64,000 nucleotides of DNA from positions 1 through 64,000 of IMG/VR virus record IMGVR_UViG_3300049718_000055; one strand, given 5' to 3'. Within the stretch, counting starts at the first letter, position 1; each line of letters opens with the position of its first letter. The stretch is from a virus. A program made the position numbers and the translations under genes. The notes under the pieces were generated by a model that worked only from the letters and a program-made list of their open reading frames with translations, was not told the origin of the DNA and did not search any database. This document shows, piece by piece, positions 1 to 8,933 of the stretch.

Positions 1-486
1 AGATCCGTGCGGGCTGCTGCTCTCCCTACTCACGATTCTCGGGCTGCTGCTCTCCCAACTCACGATTGTCGGGCTGCTGCTCCCCCAACTCTCGATTGTC
101 GGGCTGCTGCTCTCCCAACTCACGATTGTCGGGCTGCTGCTCCCCCAACTCTCGATTGTCGGGCTGCTGCTCTCCCTACTCACGATTCTCGGGCTGCTGC
201 TCTCCCAACTCACGATTCTCGGGCTGCTGCTCCCCCAACTCTCGATTGTCGGGCTGCTGCTCTCCCAACTCACGATTGTCGGGCTGCTGCTCCCCCAACT
301 CTCGATTGTCGGGCTGCTGCTCTCCCTACTCACGATTCTCGGGCTGCTGCTCTCCCAACTCACGATTCTCGGGCTGCCTGACGTGACCGTAAAAATACCG
401 GATCCAAGCAGTTCAATCTCACAACCATCTTCTTTCAAGGCCGCTTCAAATTCAGTCCGCGTTGAAACTTTAATGATTTTTCCCAT
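1..486 (-). CDS. Repeat protein (10-aa repeats, likely beta-solenoid); 3' end runs off the window
   Basis: Not in the ORF track. ATG at 486 overlaps the upstream stop (TGATG). Hand translation: MGKIIKVSTRTEFEAALKEDGCEIELLGSGIFTVTSG then (SPRIVSWESS / SPTIESWGSS)n, with no stop before position 1. Confidence 0.85.
   Translation of the reverse strand, partial: MGKIIKVSTRTEFEAALKEDGCEIELLGSGIFTVTSGSPRIVSWESSSPRIVSRESSSPTIESWGSSSPTIVSWESSSPTIESWGSSSPRIVSWESSSPRIVSRESSSPTIESWGSSSPTIVSWESSSPTIESWGSSSPTIVSWESSSPRIVSRESSSPHGS
11..377. repeat. Coding tandem repeat, 12 x 30 bp
   Basis: Unit gggctgctgctc(t/c)cc(t/a)actc(a/t)cgatt(c/g)tc, head-to-tail with no spacers. Confidence 0.98.
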
Positions 487-872
487 CAGAATGTCCCCCA
501 AAATATCGCGTTAGAAAGCCATGGTTGCCACGCCGAATCGAACAGGCAATTACTCGGCGTGTGTTTGAACATCGGCGCAATATCCTCATCCGCAAAGCCG
601 GCCAATCCACAGCCGATGCGCGTTACCTGGAATTCAAGGTCTGGATTCGCTACAGTGTATTCCAGAAAAGCCTCGACGCTACCGGCAACGTCCACCAAAG
701 AACGCGATGTGGACACATCAGCCTCTTTTGTCGGCAAAGCGTAACTGTCGCCAGTCCGCCCCTCACCGACACCCCACTCCGCTCCGTACTGCTTAAACGC
801 TACTCTCGCCGCGCCGCCACCATGGATACCGGCCAAATTACTGCCGAATACAAAGATCATTTTCCCCTCCAA
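486..872 (-). CDS. A1S_2505-family phage protein (macro-domain-like)
   Basis: Motif IFVFGSNLAGIHGGGAA...YALPT...VTRIGCGLAG. Confidence 0.8.
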   Translation of the reverse strand: MEGKMIFVFGSNLAGIHGGGAARVAFKQYGAEWGVGEGRTGDSYALPTKEADVSTSRSLVDVAGSVEAFLEYTVANPDLEFQVTRIGCGLAGFADEDIAPMFKHTPSNCLFDSAWQPWLSNAIFWGTF

Positions 873-1061
873 TCAGTTGATTTGTGAACACCTTAGCTTG
901 CTCACTGCCTTCAGGTAAAGAGTGTGCCGGTAGTCAGATTCAAAAGCATGGCACTCGTCCAGGTTCTCTACGGCCGGCCCGTCGTACTTCCCAAGAGCCC
1001 GCACAAAGTCCTCGTCCTGCCGGTCATCGAGCATCTCAGTCAAGAGCTTATCGGCGGTCAT
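873..1061 (-). CDS. Hypothetical protein
   Basis: Tightly packed with neighbours through overlapping stop/start codons. Confidence 0.6.
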   Translation of the reverse strand: MTADKLLTEMLDDRQDEDFVRALGKYDGPAVENLDECHAFESDYRHTLYLKAVSKLRCSQIN

Positions 1062-1291
1062 TGGCGTCCTTCTGCCGTTCCCTCAGAGTCATCGAACATC
1101 ACACTGTTAAACCCTCTCCCCGGAACTTCTTCCAAGTAAACTTCCGTGTGAAAACCGCCAACTTCTGTGCGTGAAACCGTGTATACCTCTCCCACTTTCA
1201 GGTATTCCGCGGCTTGCTCTTGATCGTGTTTGTATCCGTTGCCTGGGTGAGCAAATATAACCTTGCTTCCCGCTTTGCTGTAGATGTTCAT
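1058..1291 (-). CDS. Hypothetical phage protein
   Basis: Start refined to MNIYSKAG with GGAGGGG SD upstream. Confidence 0.7.
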   Translation of the reverse strand: MNIYSKAGSKVIFAHPGNGYKHDQEQAAEYLKVGEVYTVSRTEVGGFHTEVYLEEVPGRGFNSVMFDDSEGTAEGRQ

Positions 1292-1758
1292 TTCCCCTCC
1301 AGTTCCGGCATATCGCCGCCCCTCTCGTTGTTGCACTTCTTGTTGTAACACGCTTCGAGTATCCCGATTGCCTGTAGGCAGCGGTCGTCGTCCATCATAC
1401 CGAAATGGCACTCGCCTGTTGGTATCCCCATTTCCTTCGCCAGCCAAGCGTAAGCCGTATTTCTTGCATGTGACTTGCTCCAACCCCGGTGACGGATTGC
1501 CGCCCTCCAGAGAGCATCGAACAGAAAGTGGCAGCGGATCTTCAACTTCTGAAGTTGCGCGAACTTCTGAAGTTGCGCGTTTGCTAACCTGCCGAGCGGA
1601 GTCTTTCCCCCTTTGTGGCACCCAACTTTGGCCCCGCAGGTACGGCACAGATAAACATTCCCGCCATACGAACGCCCATGGTAGACCTCTGAATCCGGGA
1701 CCAGCACGGCGGGAATGTTGCAGTACGGGCAGATAACCGGAGGAATCTTTCTCCCCAT
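1288..1758 (-). CDS. DUF3268-type zinc-finger protein
   Basis: CPYC...YLCRTCGAKVGCH...PLGRLAN...H..FD.LW...AYAWLA...CHFG. Confidence 0.8.
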   Translation of the reverse strand: MGRKIPPVICPYCNIPAVLVPDSEVYHGRSYGGNVYLCRTCGAKVGCHKGGKTPLGRLANAQLQKFAQLQKLKIRCHFLFDALWRAAIRHRGWSKSHARNTAYAWLAKEMGIPTGECHFGMMDDDRCLQAIGILEACYNKKCNNERGGDMPELEGK

Positions 1759-1980
1759 CACGACCTCCGAACCAGCGGCCATACCCACCAAACCAGAACA
1801 GCCGCCAGCATCACAAAGCCCAACAGGTTCAGGAACGTGGCCATCGGCACCCCCGGAATAGATCACGCCACCACCGCGCAATCTCTCCAAAAGCTCCCTG
1901 CTTCCATAAATCCACGTACACGGGGACCATAACGAACACAGCCACCGCTCCCATCACGATTGCGACAATAAGCGGCCCCA

Positions 1981-2808
1981 TCACCGCCCCCGAGCCCGGA
2001 TGTAGGAATCAGCCGCGGCCACCACTTCATCCCGGTCCAGCGTCAAATCCATGGCAATGTCCGCCAGCGCGTCGGCCTTCTTCAGCCACTCCTCAACCTG
2101 CTTTGCGGTTGCTTCCTTGGCCTTGGTTGCCTCGCCAGCGCCCTTCTCGCGCTTCAGGGTGGTCTCACCCTTCTTCTTCGCTTCCGCAGCCGCCTTGGTC
2201 AGATTCTCTGCGGCCATGAGTGAGTTCTTCTTCGCCTCGGCTACCGCTCGGCCCTCGCTGACCTTGACGCCACCGATGCCTTCCTTGACGGCTTTCTTGA
2301 CCGCCAGGGGAGCCGCATTGAGGTCCAGAGCCTTCTTTGCGATGCGGATCGCCTTGGCCGGGTCCGTGGTGATCGACGGCGGGACGATCTTTGCCACCTG
2401 ATCCAAGGTCCAGCCGTAATCCATAAGCTGCTGGAGAGCTTTTCCGAGTTCCATCACTGTTGGCGGCAGCGCCGTGTTGTCGATGATGTTCTTGGCAAGC
2501 CGATTGGCCTCGTCTCCCTTCACAGGTACGCAGTCGATAAAGCCGTCCCACTTCTCCTTGCGGAGTTCCTGAGCGGCCGTCAGACGGCAGTAGCCGGCAT
2601 CCAGGTACACCTTGCCGCCGCTGAAAACGACATCGACGGGCTTCTTGACGCCATCCTGCCGGATCTCGTTCTTGAGCCATGCAATGTGATCCTGAGTCGC
2701 TTGGCTGTCCTTTTCGCGGTAGTTCTTGCTCCAGTCGATGATGATGATTTCAGGCCGCAACCGCGTGGCCCGAACTCCCGTTGTTCCCAAATCTTCAAGC
2801 CTTGGCAT
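1981..2808 (-). CDS. ParB/Srx N-terminal domain protein
   Basis: NYRE...LKNEIRQDGVKKPVDV...LDAGYCRLTAA (GxxR motif) followed by an HTH-like region (GWTLDQVAK). Confidence 0.75.
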   Translation of the reverse strand: MPRLEDLGTTGVRATRLRPEIIIIDWSKNYREKDSQATQDHIAWLKNEIRQDGVKKPVDVVFSGGKVYLDAGYCRLTAAQELRKEKWDGFIDCVPVKGDEANRLAKNIIDNTALPPTVMELGKALQQLMDYGWTLDQVAKIVPPSITTDPAKAIRIAKKALDLNAAPLAVKKAVKEGIGGVKVSEGRAVAEAKKNSLMAAENLTKAAAEAKKKGETTLKREKGAGEATKAKEATAKQVEEWLKKADALADIAMDLTLDRDEVVAAADSYIRARGR

Positions 2809-2853
2809 TTCTTGTTCCCTCCCTTTTACTCCCCCACTACTCCGTGGGCGGTG

Positions 2854-3024
2854 CTACTCCACTGTTTGAGTCTTCACAGAGGCTTTTGGCAAATCCTGAC
2901 GCATCCATTCTTTCTCGCCAAGAACAAGGAAATAAATCTCCCCTTGATCCGTCAGAGCCCACAAAACAGCATGACTTTTCTTGTCCTCGTTCATTACGGC
3001 AATCTGAATAATTTTTCCCTTCAT
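2854..3024 (-). CDS. Hypothetical protein
   Basis: MKGKIIQIAV with GGAGGG SD. Confidence 0.6.
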   Translation of the reverse strand: MKGKIIQIAVMNEDKKSHAVLWALTDQGEIYFLVLGEKEWMRQDLPKASVKTQTVE

Positions 3025-3202
3025 TCCCAGTCCCTCCATTTTTCCAAATTTTGGAATCCTTGCCGTGCCTTTACGGCTCCTAGATGAATGCTCACGTGCC
3101 AGAACGTCGTTTGACGGTAGCAAGGGGAGCGGAGCCGTAAAGGAAGGGCATATCCTCCAGTTCGTTGCACAGGAGATATTACTAGAATCTCCATGACTAC
3201 CG

Positions 3203-3231
3203 ACTTTATACAGGAAAATGATTATTGTCAA
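3203..3231 (-). promoter_or_regulatory. Sigma70-type promoter
   Basis: TTGACA-17bp-TAAAGT in an intergenic position. Confidence 0.7.
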
Positions 3232-3253
3232 GGGGCCTTCGTTGCACTATATA

Positions 3254-3526
3254 TTACGGGCATTCGGGGCATAAATTCGGGGCAATCCAGTTATGAGGGC
3301 AGCGCATCCCAAGCCGCAGAGAGTCCAAGTTCGCGGTCACAGAGGCGTCTTTGAGTGGGGAATCTCCATAAAGTCTCACCGACGCGACTTCTACGGCTCT
3401 GCCGGCAAGTCGGATCGTCACCGGGCCTGAGTAGTGGCGCCGGCATTGGGGGCAGACTTGCGGCGGGTCGTCTCGCACGAAGTCAAGGCCGCAGCGTTCA
3501 CAATGCCAGACGATCACGTTTTTCAT
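3254..3526 (-). CDS. Zinc-ribbon protein
   Basis: CERCG...CPQC and C-terminal CPH/CPEC. Confidence 0.6.
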   Translation of the reverse strand: MKNVIVWHCERCGLDFVRDDPPQVCPQCRRHYSGPVTIRLAGRAVEVASVRLYGDSPLKDASVTANLDSLRLGMRCPHNWIAPNLCPECP

Positions 3527-3952
3527 TTAGGTCTCGTTTGGGATCAAACCGGCACCGGGTTCTCGCAAGCCCAACGGGTAAATTTGGAAGTACGCCTGCC
3601 ACCAGTCCTCAGCAGGTTCAATGATGTACCCAATGTAGCTGCACACGCTACAGCAGAGCAGGGCCGCTTGGACTTCGGCATATCCGTCGTACACTTGGAA
3701 AATTTCTGGCTCGTTGATCCAATGACCGCACGGCCACGCGAGAAACGCCGCGAAAACCGTTGGGTAGATCGGCTTGTAATCCGCATGTTTCCAGTTGCTC
3801 GGTGGGCTCGTCTGCGGCGGCAAGGGAACCACGGGAGTTCCCACGCCTCCAGGTTGGCGGTAAATCAACTGCCCGTTCTGGTAGCCGCCGTTGTAGAGAG
3901 CGCCAACGCGGAACGGGAACAGGGGACCGAACTGTGGCGTTACCTGCGGCAT
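3527..3952 (-). CDS. Hypothetical protein
   Basis: Abuts the downstream gene; CGH...CSVC motif. Confidence 0.6.
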   Translation of the reverse strand: MPQVTPQFGPLFPFRVGALYNGGYQNGQLIYRQPGGVGTPVVPLPPQTSPPSNWKHADYKPIYPTVFAAFLAWPCGHWINEPEIFQVYDGYAEVQAALLCCSVCSYIGYIIEPAEDWWQAYFQIYPLGLREPGAGLIPNET

Positions 3953-4001
3953 GAACCCATTGTCACTCTAATGAGCCATAAAACACAACCGGGAAGTGCG
4001 A

Positions 4002-4274
4002 TCAGACAGGATTCCCTTCCCGGTCCCGAAACTGCCTCCACTGAGCCTTCCCGCGTCCCTGACGAGCTATGGACGCTGCCCCTGGATTCAGCCGCCGCTT
4101 CTTCTTCGTGATCCCCTTGCGGATGTACGTTGCATCTCGGATCTCCGGCGCCAACTCCCAGTCCTTGCTTCCACACAGCTTGCAGTTGGCCGGCGGGTCT
4201 TCGCCAAACTCCAAGTCAAAGGACTCGTGGCAAATCTCGCAAAACGCCCGCCGGACAATGACGATGATAATCAT
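4002..4274 (-). CDS. Zinc-ribbon basic protein
   Basis: CEICH...CKLCGSKDW; TAATG coupling. Confidence 0.6.
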   Translation of the reverse strand: MIIIVIVRRAFCEICHESFDLEFGEDPPANCKLCGSKDWELAPEIRDATYIRKGITKKKRRLNPGAASIARQGRGKAQWRQFRDREGNPV

Positions 4275-5008
4275 TACCGCCCCTTGGCTGGCTCACCGTA
4301 GGTGCTGATGTACTCGTAGAGCCGGTCGGACAACCACTGCTCTACAGGAACACCATCGGCTTCGGCCCATTGTTGCACGGCCTCCCAGTAGCCTTCCTGA
4401 ATCGTCACGATGACTTTGGTGGTCCCGTCAGGTTGCGGTCCAGTCGCCAACCTGACCGCGCCATTTGGCTCCAACGAGACGCCCTCTGATCCGTGCTTGT
4501 TGAGGAGTTCTTCCAGTTCGGTTATTGTCGGCCGCTTCCCCCTTGGCTCTCCACCACACGGCGGCTGCAAGTCCTTGACCGTCTCGGTCCCTACCGCCAT
4601 TGCGGTTTCCAGATCGGCTGCGGCGTCATCATCGCCAACTGCGTGATGATCGCCTGCCGGCCGCGGCTCATCGACTTCAAGAAATTCGGCATCGATTACC
4701 TCGTTTCCCGACTCTTTCAAGGCCGCTTCGAGTCCTTCATCATGTGCAACAATCTTTTCCGGCGATTCCAAATTTTGGAAAGATTCTCCGCCGTTTTCAG
4801 GCTCTAGGTTACCGGGGGTTTCGTTCCCCTCTCGGACCTCTAAAACCGCCTCTGGAACAGGTATCTGCTGTCCCTCAACTGTGGATTTATCTGTCACCTT
4901 GCTTGCCTCCTTTTGCGGCTTAACTCGTTTGTTCCCACGCGCTTTCATGCCCTTCCCGATCTGCCTCTTCTTTTGTCCCTCAACCATGATAAATTTCCTC
5001 CCATCCAC
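4274..5008 (-). CDS. Hypothetical protein, possible C-terminal ribbon-helix-helix
   Basis: Long ORF; C-terminal VIVTI...AEADGVPVEQWL. Confidence 0.6.
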   Translation of the reverse strand: MDGRKFIMVEGQKKRQIGKGMKARGNKRVKPQKEASKVTDKSTVEGQQIPVPEAVLEVREGNETPGNLEPENGGESFQNLESPEKIVAHDEGLEAALKESGNEVIDAEFLEVDEPRPAGDHHAVGDDDAAADLETAMAVGTETVKDLQPPCGGEPRGKRPTITELEELLNKHGSEGVSLEPNGAVRLATGPQPDGTTKVIVTIQEGYWEAVQQWAEADGVPVEQWLSDRLYEYISTYGEPAKGR

Positions 5009-5028
5009 AGAATCATACTACGAAAACG

Positions 5029-5337
5029 CTACTGTTGTTGGGCTGCCTTCCCTATCTTTCTCTCAACCCATGCGTAGGAACCGTGCGCTGTGAGCCTCTG
5101 AGCCGTCCTGTGGTCTTTGCCGCATGGTCCCCAGCCTGTCACCGGCCCAGTGCTTGTGACGACGCGGCAGGCGGTAGCTGGGCGCACTGGAGGGGCGGTG
5201 TGGGGCGCGGTCTGGTGCTGTGGCGGCAGGGCCTGCTTGACGGTCTGCGCCTTGCATCGATAGGACAGAAGAAACAGGGCGATCAAAAAGAACAGCCAGA
5301 CGGCTGCGGCTATGCGGTGGAACGTGCGGTCAGTCAT
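5029..5337 (-). CDS. Putative membrane/secreted protein
   Basis: MTDRTFHR then a hydrophobic stretch; AAGGAG SD. Confidence 0.55.
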   Translation of the reverse strand: MTDRTFHRIAAAVWLFFLIALFLLSYRCKAQTVKQALPPQHQTAPHTAPPVRPATACRVVTSTGPVTGWGPCGKDHRTAQRLTAHGSYAWVERKIGKAAQQQ

Positions 5338-5818
5338 GAGACTCCTTTGCTTGTGGAGCGTTGATGGGGCGGTAGTGCGTCCAAGAATGAGATAGCCATT
5401 GGCGGGCAGTTCTAAAAGGGCGCTCAAATTTGTGGATTACAGCCTCTACACCCTGTACAAATCCGTAAACTTCATACCCCTCGGGAGGCAGATGCTCTTC
5501 GTCAATTGGCACCCATACCGCCGCCTTCCGCGCCTCAGCAAGCTGGCGTTTGAGAGATTCGATTTCTTCCGCGCAGCACTCTTTGGCTAGCACGCGCTGG
5601 AGTTCATTTCGCGCTTCATTCGCGGAATCTTTCGCCTCGGCAAGTTGGCGCTCTAGCTCATCGACACGCTCCGCTGTCAGCACCCCTGTCTCAGGGATGG
5701 TGGCAAGAACACTTCGTACAGATTGCTCTGATACTCGCCGTATGTAAGTTATCTCAACTCCGGCCTTCTTCGCCTCTACTACACGCATGGCTTCCCATTT
5801 CTTCGGTGTCAGTTCCAT
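5330..5818 (-). CDS. Hypothetical coiled-coil protein
   Basis: AAGGAG SD; WVPI...LPP...WTHYRPI C-terminal module. Confidence 0.65.
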   Translation of the reverse strand: MELTPKKWEAMRVVEAKKAGVEITYIRRVSEQSVRSVLATIPETGVLTAERVDELERQLAEAKDSANEARNELQRVLAKECCAEEIESLKRQLAEARKAAVWVPIDEEHLPPEGYEVYGFVQGVEAVIHKFERPFRTARQWLSHSWTHYRPINAPQAKESHD

Positions 5819-5999
5819 GTGATTCTCCTTTCAGTGTGTGAATACAAAAGCAAGCAAGTTCGGGCCGCAGGAATAGACAACGTACAAAACGGCCAGGATG
5901 AATCCGATGCGGGTAACGCGCTCTTCGCGGGTCATAGAACTAAGTCTCCTCGTTCGTAAGGCTTCGGCCCAGGCTTCATTTTGTGGTCAACTCTACGGG

Positions 6000-6206
6000 T
6001 CATTGCAGCGCCTCCGGCTTGATGCCCTGGCAGAGTTCGTCGAGGGCGGCTTGTCGTGCATCGAGGATGCGCCGTATACGCAGTTGCTCACGAATACACT
6101 CCACGTGGTCAGGGCAGATATGATTAGCGTATTCCCTCTCAAGCCAGCCAATCTCTTCCTTGACCTGCCTGATTTTCTCCATTTCAATGTACTCTCTGTC
6201 TGTCAT
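6000..6206 (-). CDS. Hypothetical protein
   Basis: AAGGAGGT SD. Confidence 0.65.
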   Translation of the reverse strand: MTDREYIEMEKIRQVKEEIGWLEREYANHICPDHVECIREQLRIRRILDARQAALDELCQGIKPEALQ

Positions 6207-6417
6207 GACTTACCTCCTTGATGCGGCGCAGGCGTAGTGCGTCAGCAAGGACCGCTCCGTGCCCCTTGCCAAACACCGTGTCAAAAATCCCATTGATTAT
6301 TGCGCGTTGCATATCCGCATAATCATCATGTAGGCAATATACACCATTTTCATCAAAATGGGGCGGGGCGCCTTTTCTAGTTAGCGGCCGGCAAGAGATG
6401 TCCGAGATACTAACGCA

Positions 6418-6450
6418 GAAAACCCCGCCGACTCTTGCAGCCGACGGGGT
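6418..6450 (-). terminator. Intrinsic terminator after the cell-wall hydrolase
   Basis: ACCCCGTCGGCT...AGTCGGCGGGGT followed by TTTCT. Confidence 0.7.
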
Positions 6451-6468
6451 GCGTGGAGGGAAGCCTTT

Positions 6469-6924
6469 CTATTCGGTGAAGAAATACTGACCGCAGATCG
6501 TAGCCCGGTACGTCACCGCCGCCTCATTCCAGCTTGCCGGGAAAGGAACCACCGATCCATCAGGAAGCGTGTAGGGCTTAGTGGTGCCCTTTGCTAGGCC
6601 AGCAGGCGCGTAGTAAAGCGTCGAGCCATGGGTGATGTCCTCTAACTGCCCACAAGCGGCTTCTACGGCCAAACTCTTCGCGGCGTCCCATGCATCACCG
6701 TCAGGGCCATCAGCTTGTGTCGGATCAATACCGTATTCTGGATCGCTCTTGACGCTCATACTGGTGAACTGCTTTGGAGCCATGACGATGCTTTCGATAG
6801 TCGCATTGTGCTTTGCCGCCCGGTTCATCACCACATTGATGACGGAGGTCATCCCGGCTACGCCACCGCGCCGGTTCTCTTTCCACGCTACTTCCGCCAG
6901 TAAAAATCTTTCCTGACTCTCCAT
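6469..6924 (-). CDS. Cell wall hydrolase, SleB/Hydrolase_2 family (candidate endolysin)
   Basis: E.RR...V.NVVMNR...APKQFTS...DITHGSTLYY...ICGQYFF. Confidence 0.85.
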   Translation of the reverse strand: MESQERFLLAEVAWKENRRGGVAGMTSVINVVMNRAAKHNATIESIVMAPKQFTSMSVKSDPEYGIDPTQADGPDGDAWDAAKSLAVEAACGQLEDITHGSTLYYAPAGLAKGTTKPYTLPDGSVVPFPASWNEAAVTYRATICGQYFFTE

Positions 6925-6944
6925 TCATTCCCTCCAATGCTGCT

Positions 6945-6980
6945 AAAAATCCCCGGCTTCCCGCTGTCAGAGAAGCCGGG
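6945..6980 (-). terminator. Terminator-like hairpin upstream of the hydrolase
   Basis: CCCGGCTTC/GAAGCCGGG stem followed by GATTTTT. Confidence 0.55.
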
Positions 6981-7105
6981 TTCCCCAGTGAAACTTGGAG
7001 CCGGTAGGACTCTCGCAACTGCACGTTATGACTGCCGTACACATTGCGGGGATAAACCCGATCCTATCACCCCTAAAGGCACCGGCAAACTCAATCTTAC
7101 TCCCA

Positions 7106-7462
7106 TCAGGTTTGGAGCCGTTCTGGGAAGCCGCGATAGGCTTTGCGTAGAAGCTGCTCCACTGCCCGGATTACCACCTCGAAAATCTTTTCCAGCCCCT
7201 TGGGAGCCTCTACAAGCCTGAGCGGGGTCCAATCCCATAGGCGAAGGTCCATCAAGGCGCTCAGACCGGCCATCCAGCGCCCCACGGGTGCCCACAGCGC
7301 CTTGGCTGCCTCCTTTGCCTGCGGAAGCATGATGAACAGGCCAGCCGCGATCAGGAGGGCGGTAAAGAGCCAACCGAGCAGGTCGGGAGAGTTGAGCAGG
7401 CCGTGACTCACCGTGACTTGCGGGGCGGTCGGCTGTAGGCTGGTTAGGGCGTAGTCGGTCAT
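7106..7462 (-). CDS. Putative membrane protein
   Basis: One TM segment; coupled to the upstream small ORF. Confidence 0.55.
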   Translation of the reverse strand: MTDYALTSLQPTAPQVTVSHGLLNSPDLLGWLFTALLIAAGLFIMLPQAKEAAKALWAPVGRWMAGLSALMDLRLWDWTPLRLVEAPKGLEKIFEVVIRAVEQLLRKAYRGFPERLQT

Positions 7463-7551
7463 TGCTTTTCCCTCTGCCAACCAACGTAGGCTAACGACAG
7501 CAAAATAATCGCCGCCGCCGCAAGAATGATTCCAAGGAATATGTAAATCAT
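7459..7551 (-). CDS. Small single-TM peptide (30 aa)
   Basis: AGGAGG SD; MIYIFLGIILAAAAIILLSLAYVGWQREKQ. Confidence 0.6.
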   Translation of the reverse strand: MIYIFLGIILAAAAIILLSLAYVGWQREKQ

Positions 7552-7569
7552 TGGTTCCTCCTGATGGGT

Positions 7570-7780
7570 TTGCACTCCAGGCTGCGGCCTTTCACCGCCA
7601 GCGGGCCTCTCCCTGAAGTGAATTGCACGGGAAGCAACGGATTTGAACCGTCTCGGCCACAGCAGCGTTCGCGTTCTCTGCAAATTCCGTGAAACGCGCT
7701 TCCCGCGCAAACTTGTTAAAGGTCCCCGGCGGAGACCTTGCGAGTCAAGCCGGGGAGTTCTGCGCGGAAGAGCGTTCCCA
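7570..7780 (-). ncRNA. Candidate structured RNA containing a tRNA-like domain (7628-7704)
   Basis: GGGAAGC/GCTTCCC stem, T-arm GACGG-TTCAAAT-CCGTT, flanking long stems; no anticodon arm. Confidence 0.45.
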
Positions 7781-7889
7781 CTCCCGCCCTGATTGTGTTC
7801 CGTGGAAGCGTAATACAACCAGTCCGCGCATCTTGTTGGGGCAGCCGGGCCTTCTCCGGCCTCACGTTTCCTCTGTTACCGCCCCAAAG

Positions 7890-8066
7890 TTAGAAAATCT
7901 TTCCTTCGATCTTGATCGCCTTCGCCGCCGCTATAAGCTGCTTCGCATCCGGGTCCAGCGTCTTGATGAACGCCGTCGCCGCATCTGCCGTGTTCGTCCA
8001 TGCCACGATGAGCGTCTTGACGAGCGCCAGCAGACCGGGGGCGGGTTGGGATGAGGTGTCCGGCAT
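7890..8066 (-). CDS. Hypothetical protein (58 aa)
   Basis: Not in the track. TAATG coupling; MPDTSSQPAPGLLALVKTL...IEGKIF. Confidence 0.6.
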   Translation of the reverse strand: MPDTSSQPAPGLLALVKTLIVAWTNTADAATAFIKTLDPDAKQLIAAAKAIKIEGKIF

Positions 8067-8683
8067 TAGAGTCCTGCCGCTTGCATCTGCGCGTAACCCA
8101 CGTTGACTCGCGCCGTTGCCTCGTCCTGGTCGATGCCGTAGTGCTCGGCCACGAGTCGGGCGGTCTGCGCGTCATCCCGGTAGGGCTTAATCATCAAGAG
8201 CGTCACTGCGGTAGTCGAAGCTGCAATCGTCACGCCCTTGACTCCCTTGATGAGGCTCACCATGATATTCACGATGCTGGAAACGCCGTTGAGAACAGCC
8301 AGCGCCAATGCTTGACTCTTGGGATTGACAATCTTCGCAGCCGCCAGGAGCGCAGAGTTTACGTTCTGCTGCAACGCTACCAGTTGAGCGGCCAGCGTGG
8401 AGGCGAAAGTTGTCGTTGGATTCTTCAGGTAGTCTTGCGCCTGAGAGACGGCCAAGTTCGAGGCCGCGTCAAAGCCAACCGTAACAGCGGCGAAGATCGG
8501 AGCGGCAGCTGGGTCAAGCAATGCGGCTGTCGAGTCCACGGTTGCTACAGCAGCCTGTAAAGACGGAACCCAGTTAACAATGTCCTGCGCCACGGTGACG
8601 CCGTTGCAGCCCGACAAGAACGGTGTCGCGCACATGACGGCCCAAAGCGTAACGACGGTAAACAATGCGGTGATTCGTTTCAT
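8066..8683 (-). CDS. Putative lipoprotein
   Basis: MKRITALF... signal peptide with lipobox LSGC; GAGGAG SD. Confidence 0.7.
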   Translation of the reverse strand: MKRITALFTVVTLWAVMCATPFLSGCNGVTVAQDIVNWVPSLQAAVATVDSTAALLDPAAAPIFAAVTVGFDAASNLAVSQAQDYLKNPTTTFASTLAAQLVALQQNVNSALLAAAKIVNPKSQALALAVLNGVSSIVNIMVSLIKGVKGVTIAASTTAVTLLMIKPYRDDAQTARLVAEHYGIDQDEATARVNVGYAQMQAAGL

Positions 8684-8711
8684 GTATTGCTCCTCTCGGG
8701 TTGTGGTGCGG

Positions 8712-8933
8712 TTACTTGTTGACTGCGGCGATAGCAGCATCATTCGCCTGCACGGTTGCCACTTGGACCTGCGTCTCGGTGGAGTGCGTGTTGAAGTCTT
8801 TGGCAAGAAAGCCAAAAGCCGCAAGGCCGACAGCGATTCCATACCCCCACCAGCTTTTGCTTCCCTGGTAAGTGCTGAGAGCCTGAAAGATAGCCAAGGC
8901 ACATCCTACTGCGGTTGTTTTCCAATTGTTCAC
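8712..8933 (-). CDS. Holin-like small membrane protein
   Basis: NWKTT..G...GFLAKD two-TM pattern in a lysis-gene context. Confidence 0.6.
   Translation of the reverse strand: MNNWKTTAVGCALAIFQALSTYQGSKSWWGYGIAVGLAAFGFLAKDFNTHSTETQVQVATVQANDAAIAAVNK

Noticed and set aside
11-377. 30-bp repeats as a CRISPR array
   Set aside because: No spacers; head-to-tail units in frame within a minus-strand CDS.
7-386. Plus-strand repeat ORFs in the track
   Set aside because: Shadows of the tandem repeat; the coupled start and gene orientation support the minus-strand frame.
7046-7059. GGTTTATCCCCGC resembling half of a type I-E CRISPR repeat
   Set aside because: Single partial match, no second half, no array.
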